Source: a virus
Lineage: Duplodnaviria; Heunggongvirae; Uroviricota; Caudoviricetes
Virus record (IMG/VR): IMGVR_UViG_3300023171_000010
Location: 64,001-89,260 of that record
Reading direction: 5' to 3' (one strand)
DNA length: 25,260 nucleotides
Numbering within the stretch: position 1 is the first letter of the stretch; each line of letters starts with the position of its first letter. The notes beneath the pieces are model-generated. The model ran no database searches. It saw only the letters and a list, made by a program, of their open reading frames with translations, and was not told the origin of the DNA. Shown here piece after piece: positions 6,911 to 16,182 of this stretch. A program made the translations under genes and the position numbers.

Positions 6911-7074
6911 TGAGAGTTTGCAATTCTATTCAAGAGCTTCTTGATGAAGAGCTAAGCCAAATGTGGGAAGGTTTGGACTATGAAGGTCTGAATGTAGAGA
7001 ACACTAAAGAGTGGTTCGCAGGGGCAGATATTTTCCATCAAATTCTTGAAAAACTTAAAGAGGAGAATCAGTAA
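6910..7074 (+). CDS. hypothetical protein, 54 aa (MRVCNSIQELLDEELSQMW...)
   Basis: Hand-translated; TAATG coupling at both ends. Confidence 0.75.
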   Translation: MRVCNSIQELLDEELSQMWEGLDYEGLNVENTKEWFAGADIFHQILEKLKEENQ

Positions 7075-7475
7075 TGGCAAACCTAGAAGGTTGGAAACCA
7101 AAGCTTGAGTGGAAGAAGGAAGGGAAGAACTTTCTTGTCTCTGTAACCAAGCATATTGGCTATGATGGTGAGAACAAGTGGTGTGTCTACCTGTATGTCT
7201 ATCCTAAGCATCCAGCATTTGCACGATTCAATCGAGACGGCAGTATGTTTGATCAACCTCACTTTGATTGTCACTCGTATGTAAGCTATTTCAATGCTCA
7301 TATTGCTTTCAAGACAGGTGAAGTGTGTAGCTATCAGCTTGGTTGGGATTACAACCACGACGGTGACAGTTATTACAATTCAATCGAGAGTGTTGACGAG
7401 GCTGGAAGCATCTTTTATGATGCAGAACGACTGTTTGAACAGGCCATGAGTTGGTATGAGGAGGAAAGTAAATGA
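7074..7475 (+). CDS. hypothetical protein, 133 aa
   Basis: ORF with SD gaggag, coupled to neighbours. Confidence 0.85.
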   Translation: MANLEGWKPKLEWKKEGKNFLVSVTKHIGYDGENKWCVYLYVYPKHPAFARFNRDGSMFDQPHFDCHSYVSYFNAHIAFKTGEVCSYQLGWDYNHDGDSYYNSIESVDEAGSIFYDAERLFEQAMSWYEEESK

Positions 7476-8443
7476 AATACGTAAAGACAGCCGATGAAGC
7501 TTTTGAGTTCGTAAAAGGTTTGATGACAGCTTTGGAAAAGAAAGCTGAAAGTAATATTCCTTCAGTGATGAAGTTGAATAAAATCACAATGCCCTCTGTG
7601 GCTAATACATATGCTGGGAATGCTTTCAAATATGGCAGCAGCTATTATGAACGTGACCCTAAGACAGTTGAAGAAGTGGACACACGACTGACACAGCTTC
7701 TAGCCAAAGCTGAACAAGAGCGTGCTAAAGTTTTGGAAGAACATCAAGCCAACATTCCAGCTATTGAAAATAATCTGAAAGTACGTGATAAGATCACACA
7801 GATTATGAAGGATGTCGGTGTACCACCGAATTACACAACATCTGAATTCAAGACTCAACGTTCACGTACAAAGACAACAACAACTCACGCTGCTGGGTAC
7901 ATTGGAGACTTGCAACGAAACATCCCTGTAAGTGATGAGAAAGACCGTATGTTGACGCTAATTAAGAGCGCTGAAGACTCATTCAAGCGTACTGCTGACA
8001 CTCTTAAGGGTACGATCCGCAAAGAGCTACAAGAGGCTGAAAAGACCGAGAAAGCTAAGAAAGAAGTATTGGCTAAAACTCGTTTGCAGGTTAAGTATGG
8101 TCTGGATGAGGACAGTGATTGGTCAGATGTTCTTGAAGCGCTTGACAGCAAAGATAAATACTTTATGCTTGCTCGTGCTGGTGAAGAAACTCGTGGTTAT
8201 TGGGGCGAAGGATTTGGTAAAGTAGAATGGGCTCTTTCCAAGTTTGTTGTAGAAACCGAGGAAGACAAAGAGATTGAAAAGCTCTATTCTGAAATCCTTG
8301 AAGATCACAGCAATGGTGATTGTGAAGATGGACGAATCTTTCGAGACAACGCTTACTGTTATAGCACATTGTATGGTAAGGTGAGCGAAGAATTGTTGAA
8401 AGACTATGAAACTCTCAAAGAATTTTATGAGGTTTACGGATGA
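7472..8443 (+). CDS. hypothetical protein, 323 aa, coiled-coil rich
   Basis: Long ORF with SD gaggag; no family recognised. Confidence 0.85.
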   Translation: MKYVKTADEAFEFVKGLMTALEKKAESNIPSVMKLNKITMPSVANTYAGNAFKYGSSYYERDPKTVEEVDTRLTQLLAKAEQERAKVLEEHQANIPAIENNLKVRDKITQIMKDVGVPPNYTTSEFKTQRSRTKTTTTHAAGYIGDLQRNIPVSDEKDRMLTLIKSAEDSFKRTADTLKGTIRKELQEAEKTEKAKKEVLAKTRLQVKYGLDEDSDWSDVLEALDSKDKYFMLARAGEETRGYWGEGFGKVEWALSKFVVETEEDKEIEKLYSEILEDHSNGDCEDGRIFRDNAYCYSTLYGKVSEELLKDYETLKEFYEVYG

Positions 8444-8658
8444 TTGACATCTCACAAATTAACCTAAACGTCTATTCCAAAGATGAGTTGCTAAGTTTCT
8501 CTAATTCTGGTATTCTGTTTTGTGGGAATATAGATTTGACGGAGCTTGTTAGCAAGATTATGGAGGGGACGTATAGTCAAGAGGAATTGGATAGGGCTGT
8601 TGATGAGGCAGAACTAGCCGATAGTAGTTATTGTGTTGAATGTGGAGAGGATATGTGA
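8440..8658 (+). CDS. hypothetical protein, 72 aa (C-terminal CVECG)
   Basis: ATGA overlap, SD gagg. Confidence 0.75.
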   Translation: MIDISQINLNVYSKDELLSFSNSGILFCGNIDLTELVSKIMEGTYSQEELDRAVDEAELADSSYCVECGEDM

Positions 8659-8825
8659 TGATACCAATTTATGAAATTTACTATGAGCGTCAGAATGGCG
8701 ATGTTGTATTTTGTGGAATTCTTGAATCAGAAATTGACGCTATCGAAGAGATTAGGCTTCTTGGTACTGAGTTCCCCGAACACGATTATTGGTACGAAGT
8801 TACTTATGCAGATGAACAACAGTGA
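8658..8825 (+). CDS. hypothetical protein, 55 aa (MIPIYEIYYERQ...)
   Basis: TGATG coupling to upstream gene, SD ggag. Confidence 0.7.
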   Translation: MIPIYEIYYERQNGDVVFCGILESEIDAIEEIRLLGTEFPEHDYWYEVTYADEQQ

Positions 8826-8877
8826 CTCTTGAAAGCATTTGAATTAAGGTGGGATTAGAGATTATGGGAGAGATGAT

Positions 8878-10620
8878 TTGAGTAACAAATATGGCATTGA
8901 CACCTCTCATGAGCATAAGACAGGTTGCCCAAGGTGTATCAGGAAGGGGCAAGACAAGTCTAGGAACAATCTTCATGTCTATGGTGAAGGTAAGGGGGCA
9001 TTCTGCTGGGCTTGTGAATTCACAATTCCTAGCGATGAATGGCTTGAAGAACATGGTGAAATTAAAGACGATGAAGAGGAGTTTGTAGTGGGAAGTTATT
9101 TTGATCTAGAAGTTAATGAGAAAATTAAGAAACAAACGGGCACAGATAGTAAGGGTTATCGAGGGATTCGTAGTGATATTTCCCGACCTTTTGGTGTGCG
9201 GTATAGTTATGATGAGGCTGATGGCAGTGTTGCTGCAACATACTACCCGACCACTCAGAATTATGAGATTTCAGGATACAAACTGAGGAAACACCCCAAA
9301 GACTTTACCAGTCCAGTAGGTGAGACTGGTAAGGATTGTGAACTTTTTGGTCAGTTTAAGTTCAAAACGATGACAGGCACTGTTGTTATTTGTGGCGGAG
9401 AGCATGACTCCCTCGCAGCTTTCCAGATGCTGTCTGACGCACAGAAGAATAAACAATATGATCCTGTAGCTTGCGTTAGTCCAACAATTGGTGAAAGTGG
9501 AGCCCATAAGCAAGTACAGAAACAATATGCCTTTTTCTCTCAAGCAAAGAAAATCGTAATTGCAACAGACAATGATAAAGCTGGTAAAGAAGCGGCCGAA
9601 AAGATTGCTAAAGTTTTGCCTCGTGGCCGTGTTTACATTATGAATATGCGCCTCAAAGATTGTAACCAATATATCGCTGAAGGTCGTGAACAAGATTTCA
9701 TTAATGATTTCTGGCAAGCAAAACCTTATAGTCCGGCTGGTGTTCACGCATCCAGTGGTTTGTTGACTGCTGCTATTGACTACTCTGACTTGAGTAAACT
9801 TACACTCCCACCTTTCATGGCTAAAGCTCAAACTATGTTTGGCGGCGGGTTGGTCAAGAATGAGCTAACTTGTTGTTTTGCCAAAACTTCTGTCGGTAAG
9901 AGCTTGTTTGTTGATTCCATGGTTGTGCATTGGGTTCTGACTGAACCAGCTGAGATTGTTGGCGTGTTGTCTCTTGAGGCGACCAAAGACAAATGGGCTA
10001 CAAACATTCTTTCCAATTATTTGGGCGTACGCCTGATTAACATGGATGGTGCAGCACGTCGTGAGTATCTATCTCGTGATGACATTCGTGACAAGGCTGA
10101 ACACTTCCTAATGAAAGAGGATGGTTCACCTCGTTTCTGGGTCTGTGATGAACGAGGAGCTTCCATTGAAGTTGTGAAAGAAAAGATTCTTGAGATGATT
10201 ATTCAACTCGGAGTTACTATCCTTGTTGCAGACGTTTATTCTGACTTGATGGCGGGTTTGAGTCTTGAAGCTCAAGAAGAATTGGTTGCATGGTTTAAGA
10301 AGCTGATTAAAGAGTATCCTCAAGTTAGTGTCTTGTTGGTATGTCATACCAGAAAAACAGATAACAATTCACAGCTAACTGAAAGTGATATTATTGGAAC
10401 TTCTACAATCATGAAGTCTGCTGCACAAACATTTAGTCTAGAACGCGATAAGCTCTCAGACAGTGATTTTGAGCGCAACTGCACCAAGGTTACTGTACAC
10501 AAGAATCGTCACCACTCAGAGACCGGCCCTGCTGGGATTGTGTATTTTGATAAGGACACTGGCAAACTATATGATCTAGACCAATATTTGATTGATCATC
10601 CAGAAATTACGGAGTTTTAA
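8878..10620 (+). CDS. T7 gp4-like DNA primase-helicase, 580 aa
   Basis: Zn finger CPRC...CWAC; TOPRIM GGEHD and TDND; SF4 helicase Walker A AKTSVGKS; HTRK; KNR arginine-finger region. Confidence 0.95.
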   Translation: MSNKYGIDTSHEHKTGCPRCIRKGQDKSRNNLHVYGEGKGAFCWACEFTIPSDEWLEEHGEIKDDEEEFVVGSYFDLEVNEKIKKQTGTDSKGYRGIRSDISRPFGVRYSYDEADGSVAATYYPTTQNYEISGYKLRKHPKDFTSPVGETGKDCELFGQFKFKTMTGTVVICGGEHDSLAAFQMLSDAQKNKQYDPVACVSPTIGESGAHKQVQKQYAFFSQAKKIVIATDNDKAGKEAAEKIAKVLPRGRVYIMNMRLKDCNQYIAEGREQDFINDFWQAKPYSPAGVHASSGLLTAAIDYSDLSKLTLPPFMAKAQTMFGGGLVKNELTCCFAKTSVGKSLFVDSMVVHWVLTEPAEIVGVLSLEATKDKWATNILSNYLGVRLINMDGAARREYLSRDDIRDKAEHFLMKEDGSPRFWVCDERGASIEVVKEKILEMIIQLGVTILVADVYSDLMAGLSLEAQEELVAWFKKLIKEYPQVSVLLVCHTRKTDNNSQLTESDIIGTSTIMKSAAQTFSLERDKLSDSDFERNCTKVTVHKNRHHSETGPAGIVYFDKDTGKLYDLDQYLIDHPEITEF

Positions 10621-10621
10621 T

Positions 10622-11494
10622 TTGAATTTTTCAGAAATTTTTAAATATGATGAAACAAGTCCAACATTTATTAGGTGGATAGAGCCATTTCGGATTGGCC
10701 GTGGTGGTAAACCTGTACGCCGAATAAATGATTGCCAAGCTGGTAATATTACAAGTGAAGGCCGTTTGGCAATTACGTACCAAGGCAAAGTCTACTCAAT
10801 CAACCAAGTTGTGTGGGAACTGTTCAATGGTAAGATTCCCAAGGGTAGGCAAGTTATGAATAAAGACGGGAATGCTTTGAATTGTAACATTGATAATCTG
10901 GAGTTGAATATAGTTTTAAATAAAAAAGATTATAAATATGGAGAGTATCTAGGCGAGTTCTTTATTTATGATGAAACATCTCCGAGTGGTTTGAGGTGGA
11001 AGAGGGTCAATACTCGGGGAAGTACAGCAAAAGTTGGAGATATCGTCGGGTCACTTGACAACGGATATTGGCGCGTACATGCCTTAGGTAGACATCTCAA
11101 GGGCCATAAAATTGTTTGGGCGTTAAATAACAACTTTGAAAATCAAGACGGCCTACATATTGATCACATTGATGGAAATCCCTCCAACAATAAGATCAAA
11201 AATCTGAGGTTGGTTGACCCTATTTTGAATGCCCGTAATAAACCAATGCTCAAAAGTAATACATCCGGGATTCATGGTGTATGTTTCCAGACTGTGAGGA
11301 CTAAAAATGGAAATTATGTTGACCGATATGTCGCCGGTTGGCGAGGTCTAGACGGAAAAGCGAAGACAAAATGTTTCTCTGTGAATGTCTATGGAGCAGA
11401 ATTAGCTGAATTTCTGGCAACTGAGTATAGACTTCACCAGATGGAGCTGTTAAACTTGATGGATGCTGGATACACTGAAAGGCACGGAACATAA
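10622..11494 (+). CDS. free-standing HNH homing endonuclease with a duplicated N-terminal module and C-terminal AP2-like domain, ~290 aa
   Basis: IDHIDGNPSNNKIKNL HNH core, NTSGIHGV AP2-like lead-in; TTG start 10622 chosen for SD ggag (track start 10592). Confidence 0.85.
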   Translation: MNFSEIFKYDETSPTFIRWIEPFRIGRGGKPVRRINDCQAGNITSEGRLAITYQGKVYSINQVVWELFNGKIPKGRQVMNKDGNALNCNIDNLELNIVLNKKDYKYGEYLGEFFIYDETSPSGLRWKRVNTRGSTAKVGDIVGSLDNGYWRVHALGRHLKGHKIVWALNNNFENQDGLHIDHIDGNPSNNKIKNLRLVDPILNARNKPMLKSNTSGIHGVCFQTVRTKNGNYVDRYVAGWRGLDGKAKTKCFSVNVYGAELAEFLATEYRLHQMELLNLMDAGYTERHGT

Positions 11495-11508
11495 TTTAGG
11501 AGTAACAA

Positions 11509-13617
11509 ATGTTAGGTGAGAATGAGATTGTGCTGGATATTGAGGCAGATGGATTTATTTTTGAGTCCACAAAGGTTTGGACAGTTTGTGCAACCAATAT
11601 TCAAAGTGGGGAAAAGATTAAGGTAAATCCTTTTAAAGATGAGTCTGCCAAAGATCAGCTAATCTCATTCATCTTTAAAAAGCCTAATCCTGTGGTCATA
11701 GGCCACTTCATCCTTGGCTATGATATGTTCGTGTTGCAGAATATTGTGGGTATCAATTTCTCTGTTGGCAAAGACATGATTGACGGGAAGTCAGTTCAAT
11801 TTGTGGATTCTCTATATTTGAGCATGTTCCTTAACCCTGATCGTGTTGGGCACAGTGTTGAGGCATTTGGTGAAACTCTTGGACTTCCAAAGATTGATTG
11901 GCGAGAAAAAGCCATTGAACTTGGACTGATTGAGAAGAATGCCCCTAAAGGTGCAGAGTTCATGCAATGGCACCCAGAGATGGATGTGTACTGTGAGCGA
12001 GATACTGACGTAAACGTTTTACTATACCAATATCTTGCAAAAGAATGGAAAGATGTTTATGGAAAAGACTTCACAATCACTGATGCCTATAAGTGTGGAC
12101 AGAAGTCTTTTTATCTCATGTCTTGTCAGGAACTTACCGGCTTTAAGTTTGATAAAGATGCAGCAGTGGCATTACAGGGTCGCATCACTTTGATGATGGA
12201 AGAAATCCGAGCAGAGGTTGAGCCTAAACTTCCTCCAAGGGCTTTGAAGAAGTCTGAGGAAAAGTATTACAGCATGCCAGCCAAGCCCTGGAAAAAGTCA
12301 GGAGACTATTCTTCAGCGTGGGAAAAGTTTGTTGAGAAACACAATGGCGTCCTGAACACAGAGACGGGTTTTTGGGAATTTTATGGTGAAGAGTATCCCG
12401 TAGTTGCAGGAGCTATGTTGAATATTAAGCTTCCAATGGAAATGGCTAACCAAGATCAGATGAAAGACTGGTTTATACAGCAGGGTTGGAAACCAACTTT
12501 GTGGAATTACCAGAAAGATTCAAATGGTAAGCCAATACGCGATGCCCGTGGCAAACTTATCCAGACAAGTCCTAAGATTCAGGAAACACAGAAGATTTGT
12601 CCCAACTTGGAAAAGATGGAAGGACCGATTGTAAAACAAGTTGTTAAGTGGCTTTCATTGCGAAATCGTCAATCTGTTTTGAACGGATGGCTTGAAAATG
12701 AACGTTTCCAGATGGATGGGCGTCTTGGGGCTGGTCGTACAGGGATTGCCTCAACACACAGGCAGAAGCACAAAGTGGTTGTGAATGTTCCTAAAGCATC
12801 TGATAAGGTCTTACTCGGTAAGGAGTTCCGCTCCCTTTGGATTGCAGATGATGGTATGCTGATCGCAGCTGGAGACGCCGCCGCGCTGGAAGGAAGAGTG
12901 ATGGCGAGTTACACATGGAAGTATGATGATGGTAAAACCGCCCTTGAAATCCTTGAAGGCGATCCGCACTCTAAAAATGCAATGGCTTTCTATGGACATG
13001 AAAAGGATATTCAACAATTTGATATTGATTCACCGAGTTTTAGTAAAGATCACCCTATATTTAAACCATATCGTGATCGCAGTAAGAACGGATTTTACGC
13101 AATTTTGTATGGCGCTGGAGGGCCAAAGGTTGCAAGTACGCTTGGGTTACCCGAGAAGATGGGGAATGAGAAGCTCAATAAATTCTGGGAAGCCAACCCT
13201 GCAATTAAAGGTTTACGTGATAACCTAGAAAAGTATTGGGAGACCACCGGCCGTAGTAAATACCTCCCAGCAATTGATGGTCGTATGCTTTGCACACGTA
13301 AAAAGTCAGCACTCCTCAACACAATTTTCCAGAGTTGTGGAGGTATCACAATGGACTATGCTGGGTGTTTTATGGACCTGTGGCTAGGTGGCTTAAAGTG
13401 GGAAAATCGTAAACCTTATTACATGTACAAGGGTTATATCGTAAGGCGTGTAGCATATCAGCACGATGAGTACGAATTTGAAGCTGAAGAGCCAATTGCA
13501 CAAGAAATTGCACGGATGATTGAGAAATCTATTGAAAAAGCTGGACAGCACCTTAAGCTCAAAGTACCATTGGCTGGTGAAGGACAGGTAGGTAAAAATT
13601 GGAAAGAAGTGCATTAA
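11509..13617 (+). CDS. family A (T7 gp5-like) DNA polymerase with 3'-5' exonuclease, 702 aa
   Basis: Exo motifs DIEAD, LGYD, YCERD; pol motif A DAAALEGR, motif B RDRSKNGFYAILYG (Tyr at the Klenow-762 position, T7 type), motif C QHDE. Confidence 0.97.
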   Translation: MLGENEIVLDIEADGFIFESTKVWTVCATNIQSGEKIKVNPFKDESAKDQLISFIFKKPNPVVIGHFILGYDMFVLQNIVGINFSVGKDMIDGKSVQFVDSLYLSMFLNPDRVGHSVEAFGETLGLPKIDWREKAIELGLIEKNAPKGAEFMQWHPEMDVYCERDTDVNVLLYQYLAKEWKDVYGKDFTITDAYKCGQKSFYLMSCQELTGFKFDKDAAVALQGRITLMMEEIRAEVEPKLPPRALKKSEEKYYSMPAKPWKKSGDYSSAWEKFVEKHNGVLNTETGFWEFYGEEYPVVAGAMLNIKLPMEMANQDQMKDWFIQQGWKPTLWNYQKDSNGKPIRDARGKLIQTSPKIQETQKICPNLEKMEGPIVKQVVKWLSLRNRQSVLNGWLENERFQMDGRLGAGRTGIASTHRQKHKVVVNVPKASDKVLLGKEFRSLWIADDGMLIAAGDAAALEGRVMASYTWKYDDGKTALEILEGDPHSKNAMAFYGHEKDIQQFDIDSPSFSKDHPIFKPYRDRSKNGFYAILYGAGGPKVASTLGLPEKMGNEKLNKFWEANPAIKGLRDNLEKYWETTGRSKYLPAIDGRMLCTRKKSALLNTIFQSCGGITMDYAGCFMDLWLGGLKWENRKPYYMYKGYIVRRVAYQHDEYEFEAEEPIAQEIARMIEKSIEKAGQHLKLKVPLAGEGQVGKNWKEVH

Positions 13618-13632
13618 TCCCAAAATAAAAGC

Positions 13633-13661
13633 TTTACACAACACCCTTGTCATGCGATAAT
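13633..13661 (+). promoter_or_regulatory. sigma70-type promoter TTTACA-N17-GATAAT with extended -10 TG
   Basis: Intergenic after the polymerase; TGc precedes the -10. Confidence 0.65.
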
Positions 13662-13704
13662 ATACGTGTAAATTAAATATCAAGATGAATGAAGGAGAGG
13701 GAAG

Positions 13705-14124
13705 ATGAGTATTCCAGCAGGATACCAGCTGCACATTACGTCTTGGACAAATGATGCTGACAACTATAACACGACCATTCACGATGGTTTGTCTGAGGAA
13801 GATGTTAAGTTTCTTCTTGATGTTGTAAAACCATTTAAGAGCAAGCACAACGGAGGTCAATTCGGTAATAATCCCAGCTGCACAAATCAGATTAACGAAC
13901 ACATTCTTGAGTGTCTGAAGAAATACCCAACTACGCAGTTTCAAGAGTATTTGAAAGGATTTGAGCAAGATAGTGATCCTGATGAAGAAGATATTGACGG
14001 ATTGAGTGACCTTGCGTATGATCTTGTTGGCCGTGATGAATATTGTGGTTGGCGAGTATTTGAAAGGGCTAAAGTCTTCTTTTACCCAGAAGAAGTTAAA
14101 GAAGTAACTAAAGATTTTATTTAA
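13705..14124 (+). CDS. hypothetical protein, 139 aa
   Basis: ORF with SD aggagaggg. Confidence 0.85.
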   Translation: MSIPAGYQLHITSWTNDADNYNTTIHDGLSEEDVKFLLDVVKPFKSKHNGGQFGNNPSCTNQINEHILECLKKYPTTQFQEYLKGFEQDSDPDEEDIDGLSDLAYDLVGRDEYCGWRVFERAKVFFYPEEVKEVTKDFI

Positions 14125-14142
14125 AAACTGAGGAGAAATAAA

Positions 14143-14316
14143 ATGAACACACTAATCCAATACGTAGTGGCAGATGAACAAAACGTTTACGCTAACGCAT
14201 CAACTCGAAAGGATGCCCGCACATATCTCAAAACTGTAAAGCAAGAGCTTGGTAAAACTACTGCTAAGATTTATCAGCAAGAGTTTGTGTTGCTGTCTGA
14301 AAAGCAGGTTCGGTAA
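14143..14316 (+). CDS. hypothetical protein, 57 aa (MNTLIQYVVADEQNVYANASTRKDAR...)
   Basis: Hand-translated; strong SD gaggag. Confidence 0.8.
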   Translation: MNTLIQYVVADEQNVYANASTRKDARTYLKTVKQELGKTTAKIYQQEFVLLSEKQVR

Positions 14317-14317
14317 C

Positions 14318-14548
14318 ATGGGCTCAATCAAGATAACTGAAACATCTCAAGATGGCAATCTATCCTCTACAGTTGAATATGAATTCAGTGATTTCCAAGA
14401 TTATATTTCTTGGCGTAATCTGCAAAGTAAACAACTGAAAGATTCTCTGATGGATATCTTTGGTGGACTTGGGGAGCTTCCAGGGGAAGAACAACAGGCA
14501 GAGATTGTAGATATTTCTGTTGGGAAGAAGAAGGAGACAAAACATTGA
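14318..14548 (+). CDS. hypothetical protein, 76 aa (MGSIKITETS...)
   Basis: ORF in track; start moved to ATG 14318 directly after the upstream stop. Confidence 0.75.
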   Translation: MGSIKITETSQDGNLSSTVEYEFSDFQDYISWRNLQSKQLKDSLMDIFGGLGELPGEEQQAEIVDISVGKKKETKH

Positions 14549-14751
14549 GTAAAAGTAAAACTGTAAGTTTCCCACTATTTGGGATTCTAGGGCTGATCTT
14601 TGTAACATTGAAATTGGCTGAAATTGGTGCTGTCACTACATGGAGTTGGCTTTGGGTGCTTAGTCCCTTTTGGTTGCCAGTTGCTGTAATGTTGAGTATC
14701 ATGACAGTTATATTCATCGGAGCTTTGATTGTAGCTGCGGCGAGTAAGTAA
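14545..14751 (+). CDS. small membrane protein, 68 aa (LKLxxxxxxxxWSWLWVLSPFW type)
   Basis: Two hydrophobic helices; motif common in phage membrane proteins; SD aaggag, TTG start. Confidence 0.8.
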   Translation: MSKSKTVSFPLFGILGLIFVTLKLAEIGAVTTWSWLWVLSPFWLPVAVMLSIMTVIFIGALIVAAASK

Positions 14752-14837
14752 AGAATTTAGCGAGAGCTAGATAAAGTAGTAAACAATCCTCACAATAATG
14801 TGAACAAAACTATACACAACTTAATAGAGAGAAATAA

Positions 14838-15533
14838 ATGACTAACAAAACTGAAGTGATCGTCCGTGAGTTGCCTAAATCTGGTGGCCTTGAAACTGTA
14901 AATATCTACATCAAGAACGCCGTTGTATTTTATGCAGCAGTTCATGAAGCGAAGAAAAAGTATCAGAGTGAATCGAAAGAGTTCAGCGCTCAAGTGTTTG
15001 TGGATGAGGAAGCTAAGGACAAGCTACTTGATGAAGTTATGGTTAACAAAACCTTTGCTGAGGTTGGTGTAACGAAAACATCGAAACCGCCTAGGAAGAT
15101 CAAGTACATGACTTCTGAGCAAGCTGAAGAGGGTAAGGTTAACTACGATGTGGTTAAAGGTATGTGGGGTTTCAACGTTGCTAAACCAGAATTTAGCAAA
15201 AAGAATAACCCTATGACTGTTAACGTTATTAATACCGAAGGTGAAGCTTTTACTGATAACATCGGCAACGGCAGTGTGGTTAACTTGAAACTATTTGGCT
15301 ACCGAAATGTTGACAATCAAGTTGTGATTACTTTGGATACTGTACAAGTGGTTGAGCACATTCCGTTTGAAGGTCGTACTGCATCGGACAGTGTTGATGA
15401 CGATATTCTTGGTAGCTACAAAGTGAAGAAGGTTGAAGCCAAACCTGTTGAACAAGAGAAGGAAGCTCCAGAAGCTAAACCTACTCCACAACCTGAACCC
15501 GAGTTTGATGACTCTGATTCGCTGCCATTTTAG
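14838..15533 (+). CDS. ssb: single-stranded DNA-binding protein, 231 aa
   Basis: gp2.5-like IGNGSVVNLKL strand, position among replication genes, Pro/Glu linker and acidic FDDSDSLPF tail. Confidence 0.8.
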   Translation: MTNKTEVIVRELPKSGGLETVNIYIKNAVVFYAAVHEAKKKYQSESKEFSAQVFVDEEAKDKLLDEVMVNKTFAEVGVTKTSKPPRKIKYMTSEQAEEGKVNYDVVKGMWGFNVAKPEFSKKNNPMTVNVINTEGEAFTDNIGNGSVVNLKLFGYRNVDNQVVITLDTVQVVEHIPFEGRTASDSVDDDILGSYKVKKVEAKPVEQEKEAPEAKPTPQPEPEFDDSDSLPF

Positions 15534-15544
15534 TAGTTGAAAAC

Positions 15545-15564
15545 GGAGGGCGTAAAAGCCCTCC
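15545..15564. terminator. GC-rich hairpin GGAGGGC-gtaaaa-GCCCTCC after ssb
   Basis: Perfect 7-bp stem; T-tract follows only on the minus strand (gttttc), so plus-strand termination is uncertain. Confidence 0.5.
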
Positions 15565-15581
15565 CATTCAAAGGGGTAATG

Positions 15582-16163
15582 ATGGGGAAGTATTATAAAC
15601 CTGTATTCGGGGTTGGTATTAATGACTTAGACAGAGACGTAACTTGGAAGGTTGATGGAAAGAGGGTTGCTTGTCCAATCTACCGAACTTGGCAAAACAT
15701 GTTAGGTCGTTCTTATGACACAGAATTTCACAAACGGCATCCATCGTATAGCGATTGTTCTGTTATAGATGGGTGGATTCATTTGAGCGATTTTGAAAAG
15801 TGGATGTTGACACAAGATTGGAAAGGTAAACAACTGGATAAAGATATTATACTGCCCGGTAATAAAGTTTATTCACCAGAAACTTGTGCCTTTGTTGATA
15901 AGAAGCTTAATTTGTTTATCATGGACACTGCTGCAACAAGGGGTGAGTGGCCTATAGGTGTCAGCTGGAATAAAAGGGACCAAACTTTTAAAGCAGAAAT
16001 CCGAAATCCTTTTACACACCGACGGGAAGGGCTTGGTTACTACGATAACCCAGAAGATGGTCACTTAGCTTGGAAGAAACGTAAACATGAGTTTGCATGT
16101 TTATATGCCGAACAACAAACTGATCAACGAGTAGCTGAAGCACTTCGCACACGCTATCTATAA
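15582..16163 (+). CDS. free-standing homing-endonuclease-type protein (GVGIND...LDKDI..PGNKVYSPETC family), ~193 aa
   Basis: Family motifs recognised; ATG 15582 chosen for SD aagggg; paralog at 23553. Confidence 0.75.
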   Translation: MGKYYKPVFGVGINDLDRDVTWKVDGKRVACPIYRTWQNMLGRSYDTEFHKRHPSYSDCSVIDGWIHLSDFEKWMLTQDWKGKQLDKDIILPGNKVYSPETCAFVDKKLNLFIMDTAATRGEWPIGVSWNKRDQTFKAEIRNPFTHRREGLGYYDNPEDGHLAWKKRKHEFACLYAEQQTDQRVAEALRTRYL

Positions 16164-16182
16164 TTTAACTTAGGAGAAACAA

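Noticed and set aside
9271-9831. 186-aa minus-strand ORF and other antisense ORFs over the replication genes
   Set aside because: Lie opposite well-supported genes; typical shadow frames
11509-13617. Intron or intein in the DNA polymerase, helicase or RNR
   Set aside because: Frames are continuous, lengths are normal and no splicing motifs were seen
13393-13968. 191-aa minus-strand ORF
   Set aside because: Antisense shadow across the polymerase end and next gene; no SD, no motifs
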